Below are positions 1-12,253 of a DNA stretch of 64,000 nucleotides, in pieces. The number at the start of each line of letters is the position of its first letter. Within the stretch, counting starts at the first letter, position 1. The DNA is from Eledone cirrhosa (taxonomy: Eukaryota), in contig OZ024742.1 in assembly GCA_964016885.1 (NCBI GenBank), positions 266,104,001-266,168,000 of the forward strand. The letters are read 5' to 3'. The translations under genes and the position numbers were made by a program. Below the pieces are notes generated by a model. The model ran no database searches. It was not told where the DNA came from and worked only from the letters and a program-made list of their open reading frames with translations.

Positions 1-59
1 TGTCATACACCCATGACATCATACTTGTCATCCTTCCTAAGACCACCCACCCTCACCCA

Positions 60-850
60 TAGTGTAGAGAAGGCTCTTCAGTTAAGTCAATGACTGATGA
101 CCTCTCTAGTGCTAGTATCATGAAAAAAGCACCCAGTACACCCTTTAAGGCAGTTGGTGAAAGTAAGGACATCCTACTCTAGAAACCATGTCAAAAAGAG
201 TTTAAAGGACACTTTAGTTGTGTCAAGGGCACATCAACCTTTCTAGTGATGGTGATCTACATGATAAATTCACCCAGTGCACTCTGTAAAGTCGTTGGTG
301 GTAAGAAGAACATCCACCATAGAGAACCTTCTAAACAAAGTGTTAAGCGGGATCTTCAGCTGTGTCAAAGACATGGCAACGTCCTTAGTGATGGTGCCAT
401 GATAAAATGCCCTCAGTAGAGAATATGTGAGCAAAATGCAGGCCCTGGCCTGTCTATGTGCTCAGTAGAGTGCAAGAACATATATAAGCAAGGTGCAGGT
501 CCCCCAGCCCATCTGAAAGGTCAAACTTCTATGGTGTATTAAACCCTCACTAAATGGAAAGAACTTCATCTAGCCAACAGACAAGAGAACACACATTTAT
601 TTTTTTCTGGCTGCCAATTATATATTTCTGGTATGTTACAGGGATAATTTGATTTTGATGTTAGTTGTTGTTTCACCTCAGGTCAGTGCTGAGCCCAACA
701 TGCCTATGATCAGAGACATTCCAACCACAACCACTACTCACTTCCACATTTTCCTTCTTCAGATGTTAGACTACAGCATGAAATATAACCCTTGCTAACA
801 GAGAAACAAATGTTAAATGATGATGAAGATAATAATGATGATGAAGATGA
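60..850 (+). repeat. Old degenerate RTE-3'UTR/SINE-like repeat with (GAT)n tail
   Basis: Repeated AAAAGCACCCAGTACAC...CATCC..TAGAAAC units ending in TTAAATGATGATGAAGAT; similar decayed copies near 6150-7240, 8990-9245, 53187-53430, 63360-63700. Confidence 0.55.
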
Positions 851-944
851 AGGTGTTGGCAGTGTGATGATTTGAAAAAGATATGATTGAGAAAAAGATA
901 TGATTTAGCTACATACAATAGCTGCAATTACAGTACAGAAGAAT

Positions 945-1372
945 AGAATAGATAAATTACAGTATAATGTAATAGCTGTCAGTACACTATGACAGAATAG
1001 TTATAATTACAGTACAGTACAACAGTATAGCTAAATTACAGTACAACAGTATAGCTGCATTACAGTACAACAGTATAGCTGCATTACAGTACAACAGTAT
1101 AGCTGTATTACAGTACAACAGTATAGCTGTATTACAGCACAACATAATAGATGCATTACAGAACAACAGAATAGCTGTATTACAGTACAGTACAATGGAA
1201 TACCTATATTACAGTACAGTACAACAGAATATATGCATTACAGTACAACAGAATAGATGTAGTACAGTACAACAGAATAAGTGTATTACAGTACAATGGA
1301 CTAGATGTATTCCAGTACAGTACAATGGAATAACTGTATTACAGTTCAATGGACTAGATGAATTATAGCTGC
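945..1372. repeat. 24-bp minisatellite (TTACAGTACAACAGTATAGCTGYA)n
   Basis: Direct tandem copies, most regular at 1037-1190, with 29-bp variants. Confidence 0.9.
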
Positions 1373-2060
1373 CACAGAGCCAGCTGCCTTCCACACCATG
1401 CTGCCCTCAACGAGGTCATAAAGCATGGCTTGGATGCTGCAGCCTTCCCCCTCCCAGCTAGAGCCGGAGGGGCTGGACTGAGGGGACGGCAAAAGGCCAG
1501 ATGGTATGACCATCTTCCCGCTCCGCGGTGGCAAACCCTTCGTCGGGGATGCCACTTGCAGCAACACTTTCTCCAGTCACAACTTGGTGCAGTCTGCGAC
1601 TAACCCAGGTTCTGCTGCACGTCGGGCTGAGGAGGCCAAACTCTCCAAATACCGGTCGCTTTCCAACAGATTTGTGGTCATGCCCTTGGCTGTGGAGCCT
1701 TCTGGTGTCCTTGGCCCTAGGGCTACCTCCCTACTCCCTACCATAGGCGCTGACTGGCCAGCCGCAGGTGTGAGCTTCGTAAGTTGGAATGGCTCTTCCA
1801 GTGCATTTCCCTTACCATCCCCCGGGGAAACACCTTGTCCATTCTGTCCGCCAGGGCTGTAGGGAGGCCAGCATGTGGGACCTCATTTGCTCACCACACA
1901 GAGAGATGGAGAGGGCGAGAGAGATGGAGGCGATGACAGTGGGAGTTCGGCTCTTCTACTTTCGGACCATATCCTCGTGGTTGTGTTCATTCTATCTATC
2001 TATAGAGTTCATTCTCCGGAATCATCGAGAATACGTTTCTTTCTCCTTCCCTTTCTCTCA
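1373..2060 (+). mobile_element. Degraded 3' fragment of an RLE-type (CRE-like) non-LTR retrotransposon
   Basis: GC-rich; HAALNEVIK...RPDGMTIFP-RGGKP-V-DATC...AARRAEEAKLSKY...PLAVEPSGVLGP across frameshifts, resembling a PD-(D/E)XK restriction-like endonuclease. Confidence 0.7.
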
Positions 2061-2121
2061 GTAGAATAGATGTAATTACAAACCAACACATGCATAAACA
2101 AAACCTCCCCAAAATACTTAC

Positions 2122-2230
2122 TTCGTTGACAGCGCCAGAAAATGTCATCCAAATTTCTCCTCTCAAGTTATCTGGAATACCTTTCAGAATAAGTTCTCGG
2201 GTTTTGTATGTACGGTACATACATACTCCT
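2122..2230 (-). CDS. TBC1D9: TBC1D8/9-family coding exon, start of TBC domain (GVCMYRTYKTRELILKGIPDNLRGEIWMTFSGAVNE)
   Basis: tttcag acceptor, gtaagt donor; 109 nt; GIP--LRGE-W---SGA TBC motif; gene continues left of the window. Confidence 0.95.
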
Positions 2231-2786
2231 CTGAAATAACAATAGCAATGATGATGATTTCTCTTAAGTAGATACAATGTTAATTTTTGTTAGACAGTAT
2301 TTTCACAATGATCTATTCACTATTAAAGATACTACAAACATTTGAATTAAAAAAAATTGTTTTTTTTTAATATTTTCTGCTAAATCATTTCAGGGTGTTA
2401 AGAGCTAAACAGCCATAGATAAATGTCAGGTCCAACATGGTAGGATTTTAATTCTAAATTATGAGATGTTAAATATAATTTTAGTTTTGTTCAGTTGGCC
2501 ACGCTGTACCTTGCTCAAACTGAACTGTATTTTGGAAGGGATTTTTATAACGAGATGCCCTTCCTAACACAAACCACGTTTACAGTGTGTGGTCCTGTTA
2601 TGAAAAAAGTCTGGCCAGATGCCCACACCATGCCTTGCACATAGGACCTATAAAGAACTGCAAAGTAACCCCATAACACCATTCTTATCATATTTATATT
2701 TACTTTCTAATTTTCATTGTGGTAGCTTTCAAACAAAACATTATTTTCTAAATATATATATTTGTGGAGAGAGAATGCTCACTTAC

Positions 2787-2916
2787 TTTCCATATTCAGA
2801 AAAGTGGATACTCCACAGGTGTTGTTTTATGGACTCCTTATTAGTCAGTTCATCAGAGTCTCTTCGATTAAATAAGCTAATTAAAGCAGGTTGGATTGGA
2901 AAATTACCATTAGCTT
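2787..2916 (-). CDS. TBC1D9: TBC1D8/9-family coding exon (EANGNFPIQPALISLFNRRDSDELTNKESIKQHLWSIHFSEYG)
   Basis: tttcag acceptor, gtaagt donor; 130 nt; KE--K---W-IHF-EYG motif preceding the TBC domain. Confidence 0.93.
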
Positions 2917-3462
2917 CTGAAATTTATAATTAAAAAAACAACATTCAATGTTTTATATCACTATGAAATAACAGTATAGTTGTTGTTGTTGGTATGGGTT
3001 AGCACTTGAATAGGTTTGGTAGGCCTCCTCTGAGGTTCCAATTCATTGTAGTTTCTTAGGTGCTTTAATGCTAGAGTTCCCAGTACAATCATGTTACCAT
3101 TTTTCTGGTGACACAAAATGGGATTTAGACCTAGCACACACAGTCAGATAAAGCAAAGCACCTTGTTCCACACTAATCCACTCTCCTGGACTGATACTTT
3201 GTCTATTAACCCCAAAAGGATGAAAGGCAATGTTGACCTCGGTTGGGCAACAGTGTTGAACTTGGCATGCAGAAAGCAAGAACAAATAATACAAAGCATT
3301 TAATCTGATGCTCTCGTAACTCTGCCAATTTACAGCCTGAATGTTTCACAAGGGTTATGATTGGATGAGGTACTACAGTGAGTCTGAATGTCACAGCCAT
3401 AGTATCCTTGGGATTACCACACATGTTTGAGTCAATATAAACAAGAGAAGATATTTATATAC

Positions 3463-3503
3463 CTTTAGGTTGATTACTTTCAGTGGTTCCATTGTCTCCG
3501 GCA
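3463..3503 (-). CDS. TBC1D9: TBC1D8/9-family small linker exon (AGDNGTTESNQPK)
   Basis: tttttccag acceptor, gtatat donor; 41 nt; supplies the phase 2-to-1 change needed between the flanking exons; sequence itself poorly conserved. Confidence 0.7.
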
Positions 3504-3534
3504 CTGGAAAAAAAGGAATAATAAAAAAATAATT

Positions 3535-4860
3535 ATTACAATAATAATAATAATTTCTTTATTAACCTCAAAGAATTTACATCAAGAAAAACATCAAGGA
3601 CAAACGTTTAAATATAAGGGGAGGTAACAATAAAATGTTTACAATGAGTGTTTCTCAATAGGGAAGAGATGTCCGAGGAGGTGGAAGGTAACAATGAAAT
3701 TTTAATATTAGTATTGCTCAGTAGGGAAGAGATGTCCAAGGGCTACTCCTAGAAAACCCCATAAAACAATGGTTGCTTTGATTGCTAGGGCAAGTACCCT
3801 CTCTCAGTTTTTCAGTTCTGATTTACAGGCGTATACTCAGGGCAGGCCTGTTCACTTGGACCATACTTGCCACTTTCCTCCACCTTTCAACAAAATGGCT
3901 GGAAGGCAATACTTCTCTCTCTACCTTGATTTTCCTCTTCAAGTGAAACTTGAAGTTGATGAGGGATTCACGAAAGAGAAAAGTGTTTGTCTTCAGCCCC
4001 TTCAGTCAAGTCCACCAGGCATATAAAACCTGCCTGCCCTTCTCGACTAAAGGAAAGCAGCAGGGTGATCTTCACAATGAATACAGTTGACAACCGGATC
4101 TGTCATATATGTTACAACAAACCCACAGGTAAGTAATACTCAGGTACTGAACAGGTGCGTGTAGGGCAGTTTCTTTGCTCTGTGCACATCTCAGACATAC
4201 TCAGCTGATGAGACTTCCATGCCTGTAGAGTTTATTTCAAACTGGCAAAGCTCCCCAGTAGCACTGCAAGGGCGGGGATTTCTGAAAGTCATCCCTCAGT
4301 CCTGGATGAAAAGTTCTCCGAAAGAGAATGGCTAGTTGCTTACCCTCAACCCCCAGAGTCCCTCCAAGAACATTGCTGATTTTATTCACCACTAATCCTC
4401 TATAGAACACCAAAGTATAATTTTCTTCAATCATACTTCTTGATTGGTGGAGGAGTATAAATGCTTGAAGACATTCCAGTTTCTAAGCGCTCCCTCTCGA
4501 TCTTTGCTTGACTCAGTACTGCAGCCCCATCAAGGAGATAAGCTGGGGAAACACATCTGTCAAAAAGCAACCACACCTGTTCACCATCAAGGAAATGCTG
4601 TCATAGTCTCAGTCCATGTTTGCACATCATAAACCATGGCATAGCCAGTCCTCTATGCAGCAGATGTTGAGAGAAGATGGACCGTCAAACTTTTAGAATA
4701 CATCCTTTCCACAAGAAGTGGAAGAGTAGGCACTCCAGAGCAACCAGATATGGACTGGGGCAAGGCACAATGGTCAGGCGATAGTAGATGACAAATGTGA
4801 TGTACACATTCGCCATCTCTGCCTAACCTATCACGATAGTTTTCTCTCAACCCATGTCTT
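3535..4860 (-). mobile_element. Degraded Tx1/L1-like LINE 3' part
   Basis: Minus-strand C-terminus ...FKFHLKRKIKVEREVLPSSHFVERWRKVASM...; ends AATAAAGAAATTATTATT; upstream frames broken. Confidence 0.5.
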
Positions 4861-5026
4861 TAGAAACCCTTATTAACATCAACCTTTTTAGCCACATTTT
4901 ACAACTCTCAGACCTATATTGTTATTTGCTTTCTATGGGACTGAAATCTATAAAAGATTTTTAAAAATAAAAAAAGGATTCACAAGTAAGAAAATCCAAA
5001 TAAATACATAAAAAAAAGAAATTTAC

Positions 5027-5115
5027 TCTTTGATACTTGGTTGTTTGTACAAAAAGAATGATATTTTGTCCAGTATAACTTCTCTGTCTTGTAGTTGAGT
5101 GAATGTAAAACTCAT
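5027..5115 (-). CDS. TBC1D9: TBC1D8/9-family coding exon (MSFTFTQLQDREVILDKISFFLYKQPSIK)
   Basis: tttccag acceptor, gtaaat donor; 89 nt; F-F--L-DR-----IS-FL motif. Confidence 0.88.
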
Positions 5116-5139
5116 CTGGAAACAAAGAGAGAAAACACA

Positions 5140-5615
5140 ATAATAATAATAATTGTTTCTACTTTTGGTGCAAGGCCAGCAATTATCTCAGTGTATTACT
5201 GGTACTTTATTTTATCGACCCCGTAAGGATGAAAAGCAAAGTTAACCTCGGTGGTATTTGAACTCAGACAACAATAATAATAATAATGGTTTCTGATTTA
5301 GGCACAAGGCCAGCAATTTTGGGGGAAGGGAAAGTGGATTAAATCGACACTAGTCCATGACTGGTACTTTATTTTATTGGCCCCATAAGGATGAAAGGCA
5401 AAGCTAACCTCGGCAGGATTTGAATTCTTAACATAAAGGGTCGTAACTATGTCATAAAGCATGTCCGACACTCTACCGATACTGCCAATCCACCAATAAT
5501 AATAACAATTGTTTCTAACGTAGGTACAATGCCAGTAATTTTGAAGGAGGGAGAAGTCAATCAAATAGAGTCCAGTACTTTACTGGTACTATATTTATCG
5601 ATCCAGAAAGGATAA
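5140..5615 (-). mobile_element. Cluster of three partial/full tRNA-derived SINEs with (ATT)n tails
   Basis: A-box TGGCAGTATCGG, B-box GAGTTCAAA, central GCCTTTCATCCTTAYGGGGTCGATAAAATAAAGTACCAG; copies separated by (AAT)n. Confidence 0.8.
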
Positions 5616-7789
5616 AACAATAATAATAATGAAAATAACAACAACAACAATAATGAAAATAACAATTATAATGATAATTTTAACAACAGCAAGCATATTA
5701 AGGTCATTTTCTCCTGCTAAAGAAAGGGTTAGCCTTGCAGACACCATGGCAGGTTTCATATTTATCATGAGGTCCTTTCTGAGGTAGTTTCATAACTATA
5801 TGCTGTTCATCACACCAACTCTTTTTATCACATTTTATGATATGCAGGGATATGGTGTACAATAATGATGATAATGAACACACAAACACACAGTAATGAT
5901 GATAATGAACACACAAACACAGAAGTGAGCATACACATAGATACATGCCTGTATGACTTACACTGAAGTAAAGTTAACAAAATCAACCACCGATAAAATA
6001 TATGAAACTTTAAATAAATATAATTTTCAGATTCTATCACAATGTGTGGCACTTTAGGCCGATGTCTTCTACTATAGCCTAAGGCTAACCAATGGCATGT
6101 GATTGAAATTTATAGATGGAAACTGTGCAGAAACCAGTCACATATACATAGTGATAGGAAGGGCATCCAGCTGTAGAAAACTACCAAAAAGGGTAGAGAA
6201 GACTCTTCAGTTCTGCCAAAGTCTTAAACTTCCTAGTGGTAGTTCCACAATAAATTGTGTAGTGCACTATATACACTGCAAGATCAGAAGCTCCAATTAA
6301 ATACTGACTTCATCTGCAATGACCTATCTAACCCTTGCTAGCAAGGAAAACAGATGTTAAATATATGAAGACCTGGCCACAAGCATAAAATATAACCTGA
6401 CCCATCCATGTGCATCCCCCCCTTTCCACTAACACTCCCCACCAATACACCCACCACTCATGCCCCCTCAGTACCACTCTGTAGCTACTCCCCTCCAAAG
6501 CCCATGGATACTCTCACTATCGCACTCTAGTAACTACTCTCGCAACCCATTGTGCACCCACCCTCACTACCACCCATTAGCTATCTCACTATCACTGCCT
6601 CCCAATTCTATCAACTACACCATCCATACCACTACATCTCCTCTTCCCTTATTCATCACCTTGTCAAATCACCACATACACCTAGAACTTCATACCTATC
6701 TCTTCACCCCCTTCTCGAGAGTAGAGAAGGCTCTTCGATTGGGACAATGACTTGGGACTATGACCAACAACCTCTATAGTAATGGTGCCACAAAAAATGC
6801 ACCCAGTACACCCCATAAGGTGGTTGGCAACAAAAAGGTCACCACACTGTAGAAACCATGCTTAAAAGGGTTAAGAAGACTCTTCAGTTGTGTCAATGAA
6901 TAACAACCTCCCTGGTATTGATGATCTACACAACAAAACCACCCAGTACACACTGTAATGTAGTTGATGATAAGAAGGGCATCCAACTGTAGAAAGTTTG
7001 TCAAACAAAGGGTTGGGAAGAGCTTTAAGTTGTGTCGAGGACATGGCAACCTCTCTAGTGATGGTGCCACTATAAAATCCACTTGGTAGAATGCAGAAAT
7101 GTATGTAAGCTAGGTGTAAACCACCAGCCTGTCTGGGAGATCAGTGGCCCCACTTCAATACAAACTTGGTCTGTGAAGACCAATTCAACCCTTGCTAGCA
7201 GGGAAAGTGGATGTTAAATGATAATGAAGATGATAATGATTTATATATATATAAACTCATCATCATCATTTAACCTCCATTTTTCCATTACTTAGACAGG
7301 TTGTAATAGAGCAAGTCAGTGTTTTCCGAGACAAGTCAAGGGACCATTTCTTCCTTAATATGCTCCATTTTTGGTATGTTTTCTACACTTGGATGCCCTT
7401 CCTAACACCAACCATTTTACAGGATGTACTGGATGCATTGTATTGTGGCACCAGCATTAGAGCGATTGCCCTGTCGTAGACATGGCTGAAGAGTTCTCTC
7501 TACATTGTTATTATCTTGAATGCCAACCACTTTATGGAGTGTACTGAGTGCCTTTTTTAGCAGTACAAACACAATTAAGGGTACTTTGTTCCAAGGCAGG
7601 TGTGACCAAGAGTGACAAGGAGTAGTGATTAAGGGGAACATTGGGGGATGCTTTATAACAAAGCAAATATGACCAAGAGGAGAGATGGAAGAAATGTGAA
7701 AACTAAGAAAGAAAGGATGTATGGTTAAGAGTGTGGTAAAGAAGATAAAATGATGAGGCTACATGCTAGTTATTGGTAGGAGATTGAAT

Positions 7790-7965
7790 AAATAACTGTT
7801 TCTACTTTAGGCACAAGGCCAGCAATTACACAGTGCATTACTGGTACTTTATTTTATCGACCCCGTAAGGATGAAAGGCAAAGTCAACCTCGGCGGGATT
7901 TGAACTCAGATCGTAAAGGGACGTAACTATGCTGGAAAGCATGGCGTCCGACCCTCTACCGATAA
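7790..7965 (-). mobile_element. (ATT)n-tailed tRNA-derived SINE
   Basis: Same head, B-box and central domain as the 5140-5615 and 58600-59470 copies. Confidence 0.8.
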
Positions 7966-8378
7966 CAGCCGGAAAACTGTAGAGAGAATGTGAGCAAGGG
8001 ATAGATAGCATCAAGAGTGAGTAATTGAGGGATGTGTGTGTGTGTCTCTCTCTCACTCTCATGTGCTTCACATTTGGAACTGCTTGAGCAGCTAGTGATA
8101 TTGATTTATGTTCCACATAAAAATATGTCCTGCAGTTCAGTGGTTCAACATGTGAAGTTCAGCAAAACAGATACCTTACTTAAATTAAATACAAGTAAGA
8201 GTTGGTAGTAGGAAGGATATCTAACCACTGAATAGTGCCTAAAAAAATTCTCATCTTCCCCATACCTGCATAGAAAAGTGGACATAAAAACGATAATGAT
8301 GATGATGAAGAATTAAAATGGAATAAAATATATTAGAAAACTTTTTTTCTAAATAGTGTAACTGTACTCTCAACTCAC

Positions 8379-8498
8379 CTTGCCTTTGGTTGTTATTAAT
8401 ATAGCATTGGTAATGACATTGCCAGAAGGTGAACTATCAATTTTCTCTACTACAAGAATTTCTCGATTGGGGATTATCACAGATACTTGATCACGGAT
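8379..8498 (-). CDS. TBC1D9: TBC1D8/9-family coding exon (IRDQVSVIIPNREILVVEKIDSSPSGNVITNAILITTKGK)
   Basis: ttccag acceptor, gtgagt donor; 120 nt, phase 0-0; second half of GRAM 2. Confidence 0.92.
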
Positions 8499-9429
8499 CT
8501 GGAAAGAACAGCAAAACAACAATAATAAAACTATCAGAACAACATACACATACATGAAAGAACATCACAGCAAGTCACAGTCACTAAAGTACCAATAATC
8601 TATTGCCTGAAAAGATCAACAGTTCATAATTGATAGTTTCTACACCTAAAAGACTCTATGGCCAAGACACAGTCAATGGCCGCAATCTACCTTGACATCT
8701 AAACTAGGGAGTGTTACAGTCAATGACATACAGTTGCAGTACCAGCCACTTCATTATACATGAGGGCACTATATTATTAACAAGGATGTTTTTAGTTTGA
8801 AGCACTAACTTCAAATCTTCTCATGAGCTTTACACAACTGACAATGAATCTAGTATCAAATGACCAGCTCAGTCTTCAGTTCAAATCCACTGCAGGAATG
8901 TTGTTATATATGAGTAGTAGACTTAATTATACATGTGTTAGTATATCTAGTTGTTAGAATTAGATAGACAAACATTTAGCAGAATACAAAGTGTTGTACC
9001 GGTGCCACAACAAAAAGCCCCCAGTTCAACCAGTAAGGTGGTATTTCTGGTGCCATGAAAATGGCTCCCAGTACATAGTGTAAAGGGGTTGGTGTTTGGA
9101 AGAGCAGCAAGCTATAGATAATGAATCCCAAAATGGAATGCATGAGTAAGACATGGTCACCTGATCTGTCTAGCCTCATAATGTGACCACCTGTCTAACC
9201 TATGCAACCATAGAAAATAGATGTTAATAGTGATGATGAAAATGACACTTATTGGTGAGAATTAGATAGATTGACGTTTATCAGAATAAATGTGTTAACA
9301 CAACTAATTGTTAGATACAATTGAAAAATAAACATTAGTCAAGATAGGCCAATTTAAGCCATACTTCACACACATACATGGACCTGGGGAGATATTTTAC
9401 ACATATTGGAGATGAATGGTGCTATGCTA

Positions 9430-9750
9430 AGTTTACTTGAACAAATGGTTCTATGTCAGTTTGACATATCACAAATGATGGTGTGCCAAATTGACATGTT
9501 ACAAATGATGGTATATCACAAACAATGCTATGTTAGGCCAACACATCTCAAACGGTGATATGTCAAGTTGACATATCACAAATGATGCTATGTCATGTTG
9601 ACACGTCACAAATGGTGCTATGCCAGGTTCACTTGTCTCATATGAAGCTATAATAGGTTGACATATGCAAAATGAGTGACATGCCTAAAATAGTGTTATG
9701 TTTATTGGATATGTCCCAAATAGTGCTATGGCTGGTTTGTTTATCCCAAA
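9430..9750. repeat. Degenerate ~30-bp minisatellite (GTTGACATATCACAAATGATGCTATGTCA-like)
   Basis: About ten diverged tandem units. Confidence 0.7.
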
Positions 9751-10750
9751 TATACAAACTTTCATTCTAATCCACCCAAGTTACAGTAAATTTAAAGCTA
9801 ACAACAACCACATTTACCTAATGCCATAGACCAATTGGTCACAGGTCTACTCCATCAGAATTGTTGTGAGGTTAAACAACTGTAATAACCACATCCAAGA
9901 TAAATTTTGTCTTTCATTCTTTTCAGAGGTGATAAAATAGAGCACCAGTCCAGAATGAAGGATTGGTGGAATTGTTAGAGTGTCAAACACAATACTTTGG
10001 GGTACATGTTTCAACTCATTGTATTCTGAGTTTGAATCCTGCTGTGGTCAACTTTAGAGGTAGATTTAATCCATCACCTGATTGAACACCACCACCTGAT
10101 TCTTGGGGATCTTTAGCAAAGTCCATTCTGTTCTAAGTAGCTGAACCAGTCTTTGTTTTGAGGATAGTTTTTTTCCTCTTTTCCATATTTCTCATCAGCC
10201 CTGAAAAGGGTGATGGGAAATGCTCTCTCCTCCCTAAATAAACAGTTAAAAGTTAAAAAAGGAAAGTCTACCCAACACCACAAACGATCTTATGCCTGAT
10301 AGAATAAAGTTCACAACCAACTGAATTAAAGATCTGCTTAATCAGGATTAATCTATAGTTAAATAAGAACCACAAACATCCAACACTAAAAAATTGATTA
10401 TAGGTCTGCTGTAGTAAGGTTGACCTGTGGCTAAATAACAACATGCATTACAACACACAAACAGGTTGAATTTAAAGATATACAATGATTACAGTAGAAA
10501 GAAAGTGCAACACAAACTATCATACACTGCCACTCTATACAATTATCTTCTACAAATCAAACTGTGTAGTATGGTTCTCAACAAGATGAAGGCACAACAT
10601 AATATAAATCTGTGGGTCACTGTTCATCATTCAGCTGACTAACTTTGTGCCATGGGTATGATCAATGAGACTTCGTCTAGGAGCTACACAGCAATAACAA
10701 ACAACACAATCAATAAAATATAATAGCACCACATAATTATTGGTACTTAC

Positions 10751-10883
10751 CCTACTGGCAAAACAGATGTAATTAAGTGAGAGATAGAGTCTGCCACTGA
10801 CATGTTGCTTGTTATATGGGGTCCACAGCATGCAGTCTGTGTCTCCATCAAGTTTTTCATGGGCTGGTAAATGAAAGGCAGCC
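10751..10883 (-). CDS. TBC1D9: TBC1D8/9-family coding exon, GRAM 2 (AAFHLPAHEKLDGDTDCMLWTPYNKQHVSGRLYLSLNYICFASR)
   Basis: tttgcag acceptor, gtaagt donor; 133 nt; LP--EKLDG-TDC-LWTP motif. Confidence 0.95.
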
Positions 10884-10948
10884 CTGCAAATACAAACACA
10901 TATACATATAGATAGATGTACATATACATATATACATATTTATATATA

Positions 10949-11838
10949 CAGGGTGCGGACGATATTTGTTCGCAATTTTCAACTGCTACTTTTATGCAAA
11001 TTTTTTTTACTTCCGTTGTCACTCTTGTCTTCATAAAAACAGTGACTATATTTCCATTATTTATTTTCAGAATAATTGATTATGAATAATTTTGAACCTC
11101 CAAATTTGTGGAAGAGACATCGAGTTCTTGGAATCCGCGCCAGGGGGACAAATAAGACCAGAAGATCAACTCCCAGAACAACAGGTGGCTCGCTGTCTCA
11201 TCCAAAGACGTGCCCAGAGTCATGCAGACAAAGTTTCCAGCGACAACATTGGTCTTAGGTGTCGCCAGCAGTCAAGGTGACGTCATGCCACCTCACTTCT
11301 TCCCTGAGGGCCTCAAGCTGAACACCAATGGCTACATCCGCGTTCTGAGCAAGGTAGTAAAGCCCTGGATCGACCAGGTGGCTGCAGGTAGGCCGTACAT
11401 GTGACAGCAAGACTCAGCGCCCTGCCATACCAGCCGAAAGACCCAAGCCTGGCTGTCAGAGAACTTCGTCGACCACACTTCACCTGACATCTGGCCTCCC
11501 AGCTCGCCTGACTGCAACCCCCTCGACTTCTTTGTGTGGGGCGCAGTGGAACGAAACACCAACAGATCTAGCTGCAATACGAAAGATGATCTGAAAGCCA
11601 GGATCACAAGTGTCTTTAGGGGCCTAAGTCGGGGGGACAGTGACGAAGGCCTGTAGCTGGTTCTGAGGCCGCCTTGAGGCCATCATCAAAGCCAATGGCG
11701 GGTTTATCAAGTGAGATCGAAAGAACAAGTCATGAAGACAAACTGACCCAAGTTTGATAAATAAATCTTAAAAAATAAAACTACTGTGTTATCTTTTCCT
11801 AGACAGTAATCTTGCGAACAAATATTGTCTGCACCCTG
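10949..11838 (+). mobile_element. Internally deleted Tc1/mariner DD37D (maT) DNA transposon
   Basis: 27-bp TIRs CAGGGTGCRGACRATATTTGTTCGCAA (2 mismatches), TA on both sides; transposase remnant TKFPATTLVLG...QQDSAPCH...WPPSSPDCNPLD with 37 residues between the 2nd and 3rd Asp; stop codons; most of the N-terminus deleted. Confidence 0.92.
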
Positions 11839-11899
11839 TATATAATACAAATAGTGAAAACAATGAAATTAAACAAAATACGGGTAATTCATAGTAAAA

Positions 11900-12015
11900 C
11901 TCATTATTTTACGATCGTTTCTGGGGGATAGTTCTCCATATGTTCATTCTATTAGTGATCTATGTAAGAAAATATACATACGTCTTCTCTACCCGCCATC
12001 TTCAGAAATAATGAG
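11900..12015 (-). ncRNA. Hammerhead ribozyme copy in the inverted pLTR
   Basis: Reverse complement of 14891-15039 with a 25-bp deletion in the stem II insert; core residues intact. Confidence 0.78.
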
Positions 12016-12253
12016 TTTTGTTTATTGAAGAATATAAAAACATGTATGAATAAGTAACCTTTTAAGAACAAGGTTGAGATTGACCAATAGTAAAAATAGG
12101 AAGGGGCAATAGGAAGGTGGTCTATATCGCAATGACTGTCTTCTTCTATCTAACAATCTTAGTCTCTCAGCAATTGAGAGAACTAAAAAACAAATTAGGG
12201 AATTCCTCAAAGATTACCATAATCTTACCATTACTTTTGAAAATAGCACTAAA

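Noticed and set aside
945-1372. CRISPR-like periodicity here and at 9430-9750
   Set aside because: Units are contiguous without unique spacers, in a eukaryotic intron; these are minisatellites.
1996-2277. Stand-alone small ORFs overlapping exons (also 8370-8555, 10631-10831, 51961-52206, 62179-62361)
   Set aside because: They are host exons read through into flanking intron sequence.
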